Below the pieces are notes generated by a model. The model saw nothing but the letters and a program-made list of their open reading frames with translations, was not told the DNA's origin and searched no databases. Source: Candidatus Thorarchaeota archaeon (lineage in GTDB: Archaea > Asgardarchaeota > Thorarchaeia > Thorarchaeales > Thorarchaeaceae). Taken from it: a DNA stretch of 64,000 bases. The DNA lies in the NCBI GenBank assembly GCA_046758445.1, contig JBHIAE010000012.1:1-64000 (forward strand). The letters are read 5' to 3'. Within the stretch, counting starts at the first letter, position 1, and each line of letters starts with the position of its first letter. Below are positions 61,556 to 64,000 of this stretch, piece by piece. The position numbers and the translations under genes were made by a program.

Positions 61556-62215
61556 CTAGGTCCTCAATTTGTATAGGTCCTCATAGAACATTCCTGAGTA
61601 CATCAGTCTACGTCTGACCGGTTTCAGCAATCTGGACGCAATCTCACTGACGGGGACAGAATATGTATGAATGTTACCTCCCAGTCTAGTCGACAGGAAG
61701 ACTGCAAGAGGATTGTAGATTCTCAGAAGGCCTTTGAATTTCTGACAGTCCAAGAGCATGATGTATCCGTTCTCACAGACAAGTCTCTTCATCTCATGAA
61801 GCACACGCGGTGATTCCGGTACAATAGAGAGCGTGTAGGTGGACACGGCTAGGTCGAAGCACCCATCTATGGCGGTTGACATCTCTCTGGCGTCCATGAG
61901 TTTGAGATGAATGTTGTGCCATCCATGGTCTCGGACCCTTCGAACTGCCCGCTTCAGCATGGCCGGAGTATAATCGATTCCAACTATGTCTTTGTAGTCA
62001 GGGTACTTTTCAACCAGCAAAGAGAGGTTTGCGCCTGTACCTACCCCAACATCTAAGATCCTAGGCTCTTTCAAATCCGGAAGGCGGTGAAAGGCTTCTC
62101 TCCTCCACTTTGCAAGGTTGACACCCAAGATTCGATAGAATTTCAGTAGCATCTTGTAACGCCGTGCTGACGCGCTGTAGATCTCCCGTATTCTCTCTCC
62201 GGTTACCCGACTCAT
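61556..62215 (-). CDS. class I SAM methyltransferase (PmtA/UbiE-like)
   Basis: ILDVGVGTG, GIDYTPAML, MDAR, FD; start re-called. Confidence 0.85.
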   Translation of the reverse strand: MSRVTGERIREIYSASARRYKMLLKFYRILGVNLAKWRREAFHRLPDLKEPRILDVGVGTGANLSLLVEKYPDYKDIVGIDYTPAMLKRAVRRVRDHGWHNIHLKLMDAREMSTAIDGCFDLAVSTYTLSIVPESPRVLHEMKRLVCENGYIMLLDCQKFKGLLRIYNPLAVFLSTRLGGNIHTYSVPVSEIASRLLKPVRRRLMYSGMFYEDLYKLRT

Positions 62216-62249
62216 GGAACTCTCTGCTCCAGACTTGTGTGAAATCTCT

Positions 62250-62966
62250 TCAGATTGTTGATCGGAAACAATGAACGACGCCATACATGTGTAGCAATCT
62301 CACGGTGTTCTCAATACGACGCTCGTTTCTTGTTGATATCTTATTATCTTGCAGAATTTCTGAAGGACGCCGTTTCTGTCTCAAGAGATCGCAGATTCTA
62401 ACTGCATCCTCCAGAGGAATGTCAAGGGTCATGATTAATGGGGACAACAGCAGGTAGTTCTGGAATAACGCCCTGCCATTCCACCGCTCATTATCATGCT
62501 CTCGAAGCTCGAATGTGTGGTCCTCGTCCCAAAAGAAGACGTCGTCTTGCTCAGCGAAGATTGTTCGCGCATGACGAGTAATCATCGAATCAATCTGTGA
62601 TGTCCTCTCTGCAGTACGAATCGAGAGATCGTCCAAGAAACCTCCGCTCTCAATCTCCTTCCCGATTTCCTCAAGTTCAGGTTTCGCTTTCTCCAGAAAG
62701 CTGCCTTTGTCTTGATCCGTCAGAAGGACAACTAGACCGTTTTCTGTTCTCGTATAGACCAGCTCATAGGCTCTGAATCTAATTGTATCAAGAGCAGCAT
62801 CCCCCTCAAGCCCAAGGCTGATTCCCACATTCTCTATTGCTGATAGTAGGCCTCCAAACAGCGCGTCATCAATCTGGACGTGTCCACTCCCTACGTGTGT
62901 GACCGGTATTCCACTCTTGTGAATTACGAATAGCTCCCGTACCAATCGCTCTCTAGACACCGGCAT
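62250..62966 (-). CDS. longin/roadblock-like domain protein with C-terminal wHTH-like region
   Basis: VRELFVIHKSGIPV...DDALFGGLLSAIE; start overlaps the upstream stop. Confidence 0.7.
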   Translation of the reverse strand: MPVSRERLVRELFVIHKSGIPVTHVGSGHVQIDDALFGGLLSAIENVGISLGLEGDAALDTIRFRAYELVYTRTENGLVVLLTDQDKGSFLEKAKPELEEIGKEIESGGFLDDLSIRTAERTSQIDSMITRHARTIFAEQDDVFFWDEDHTFELREHDNERWNGRALFQNYLLLSPLIMTLDIPLEDAVRICDLLRQKRRPSEILQDNKISTRNERRIENTVRLLHMYGVVHCFRSTI

Positions 62967-63972
62967 CAGCCTCCTTCCCTGCAATGATCCAGTTGTCACC
63001 GATTGTCTGAACTCTCAACGAGTGCCTTTGGAACACTTCCTCTATCAGTGTTCGACTGAGCGGCTGTGGATAGCCATCTATTGTCTGCATGAGTACATAG
63101 GCCGGAGTACTGACGGTTTCACCCGGAGACAAGGTTGGATCGTTTGTGACTAGTCTTGCTCCTGGGTTGAGGTATGATGACACTGTCCTTACCCTCTCTT
63201 CCAAGGTATCATGGGAGAATGCGAAGAGCTCTTCTCCATAGAACAAGTCCAAATGAGTTTCTGTTTCTCTGCCAAGGAGATCAGGAACCAGCTTCTCCAA
63301 GATGCGATCTTCAGCGAGCAGCTCTAAGATCGTCTTCAAAGGCGATAGCCATCTGTAGTCCTGAAGGAAGAGATGAATCCTCTCCGGGTTGAATATGTCG
63401 GCTATCTGCTTGAGGGCGAAAGGCAGACCAACGTCAGCAAATGCAGATACTCCAATCTCTCTCGTCTTCTTTGGAGCGAAAGACCGAAGCAGGACTCCGC
63501 GCCCCTTTTCGGTGAGCGCACTACTAAACACAGTTTCCAACACCACTCTTGGAACCTCTTCCAAGGACACCTTCTTTCCGGTGAGTGCCGCCGGCAGATA
63601 CTTGGAGCAATCATAGTAGAAGTTCGTCAAAACGGAGCCTACATCTTCAGGACGAATGGCTGCAGTCTTTATCTCGCGTATCTGATACTTCCCATTCGTG
63701 AAACTCACCATATCCCGTCCGACAAGAAGGTTGAGAATGTCACGAAGAAGATGCATGTTGGTGTATCCATGTTCTTGTGCAAGTTCCTCGATGTTTCTGG
63801 GGTTCGAGAGCGTTATCATCCAGCCCTCTGACAGAATGGTGTTCACTATAAGCCGTGATGCCGTTTCCTCAGACTCTTTGTATTCTGCATAGGCCTTTCT
63901 TAGATCGCCATCAAGGAGGTACTTCCCAACTCTCTTGAGTCCAAAGATGGTCCCACTAAGCCTCTCCATCAA
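62953..63972 (-). CDS. wHTH plus degenerate methyltransferase-like protein
   Basis: IEELAQEHG....LLRDILNLL HTH; YLNPGARLV post-II motif; no GxGxG. Confidence 0.65.
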   Translation of the reverse strand: MMERLSGTIFGLKRVGKYLLDGDLRKAYAEYKESEETASRLIVNTILSEGWMITLSNPRNIEELAQEHGYTNMHLLRDILNLLVGRDMVSFTNGKYQIREIKTAAIRPEDVGSVLTNFYYDCSKYLPAALTGKKVSLEEVPRVVLETVFSSALTEKGRGVLLRSFAPKKTREIGVSAFADVGLPFALKQIADIFNPERIHLFLQDYRWLSPLKTILELLAEDRILEKLVPDLLGRETETHLDLFYGEELFAFSHDTLEERVRTVSSYLNPGARLVTNDPTLSPGETVSTPAYVLMQTIDGYPQPLSRTLIEEVFQRHSLRVQTIGDNWIIAGKEADAGV

Positions 63973-64000
63973 TTCTCCACCTGTTCACTAACATTTAGGC

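Noticed and set aside
1-64000. CRISPR array, IS/transposase, integrase, DGR, rRNA
   Set aside because: No regularly spaced repeats, terminal inverted repeats, RT/recombinase motifs or rRNA-like stretches were seen by eye.

Overview
Gene-dense, roughly 50% GC archaeal chromosomal segment. It is most likely from an Asgard archaeon, Thorarchaeota-like. This is inferred from a Rab-like GTPase, two longin/roadblock-like domains, large acidic single-TM surface proteins, GGTGA/GGAGG ribosome-binding sites, TATA boxes and frequent TTG/GTG starts. About 60 CDS: two ABC systems (heterodimeric exporter; BMP/Nup nucleoside importer), DNA repair (Nth, AlkZ/YcaQ-like, MGMT), redox and stress genes (flavodoxin, rubredoxin-TPP enzyme fusion, OsmC, MsrB, nitroreductase, AKR), glnA, an ilvC-like gene, two radical SAM enzymes, several methyltransferases and many membrane/surface proteins. 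I could not support any rRNA, tRNA, CRISPR array, transposase or integrase. The most striking pattern: four unrelated genes are each split by one in-frame TAG or TGA (24563, 27207, 50273, 52369) with the same frame continuing. Two of these stops sit at motif positions expected to be Trp, and every one is a single base from TGG. This could be recoding or restorative editing, but gene decay or a consensus artefact is at least as likely, since a frameshift, remnants and a catalytic-site missense change are also present. Other highlights: an uncharacterised pair (5-repeat membrane protein plus an exact 19-aa helical-repeat protein) divergent from the rubredoxin-TPP fusion; a Rab-coiled-coil fusion; a methyltransferase-like / longin-like / methyltransferase operon; and a giant receptor-like protein with a cytoplasmic longin-like domain. 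All family assignments are from motif recognition, not database searches.
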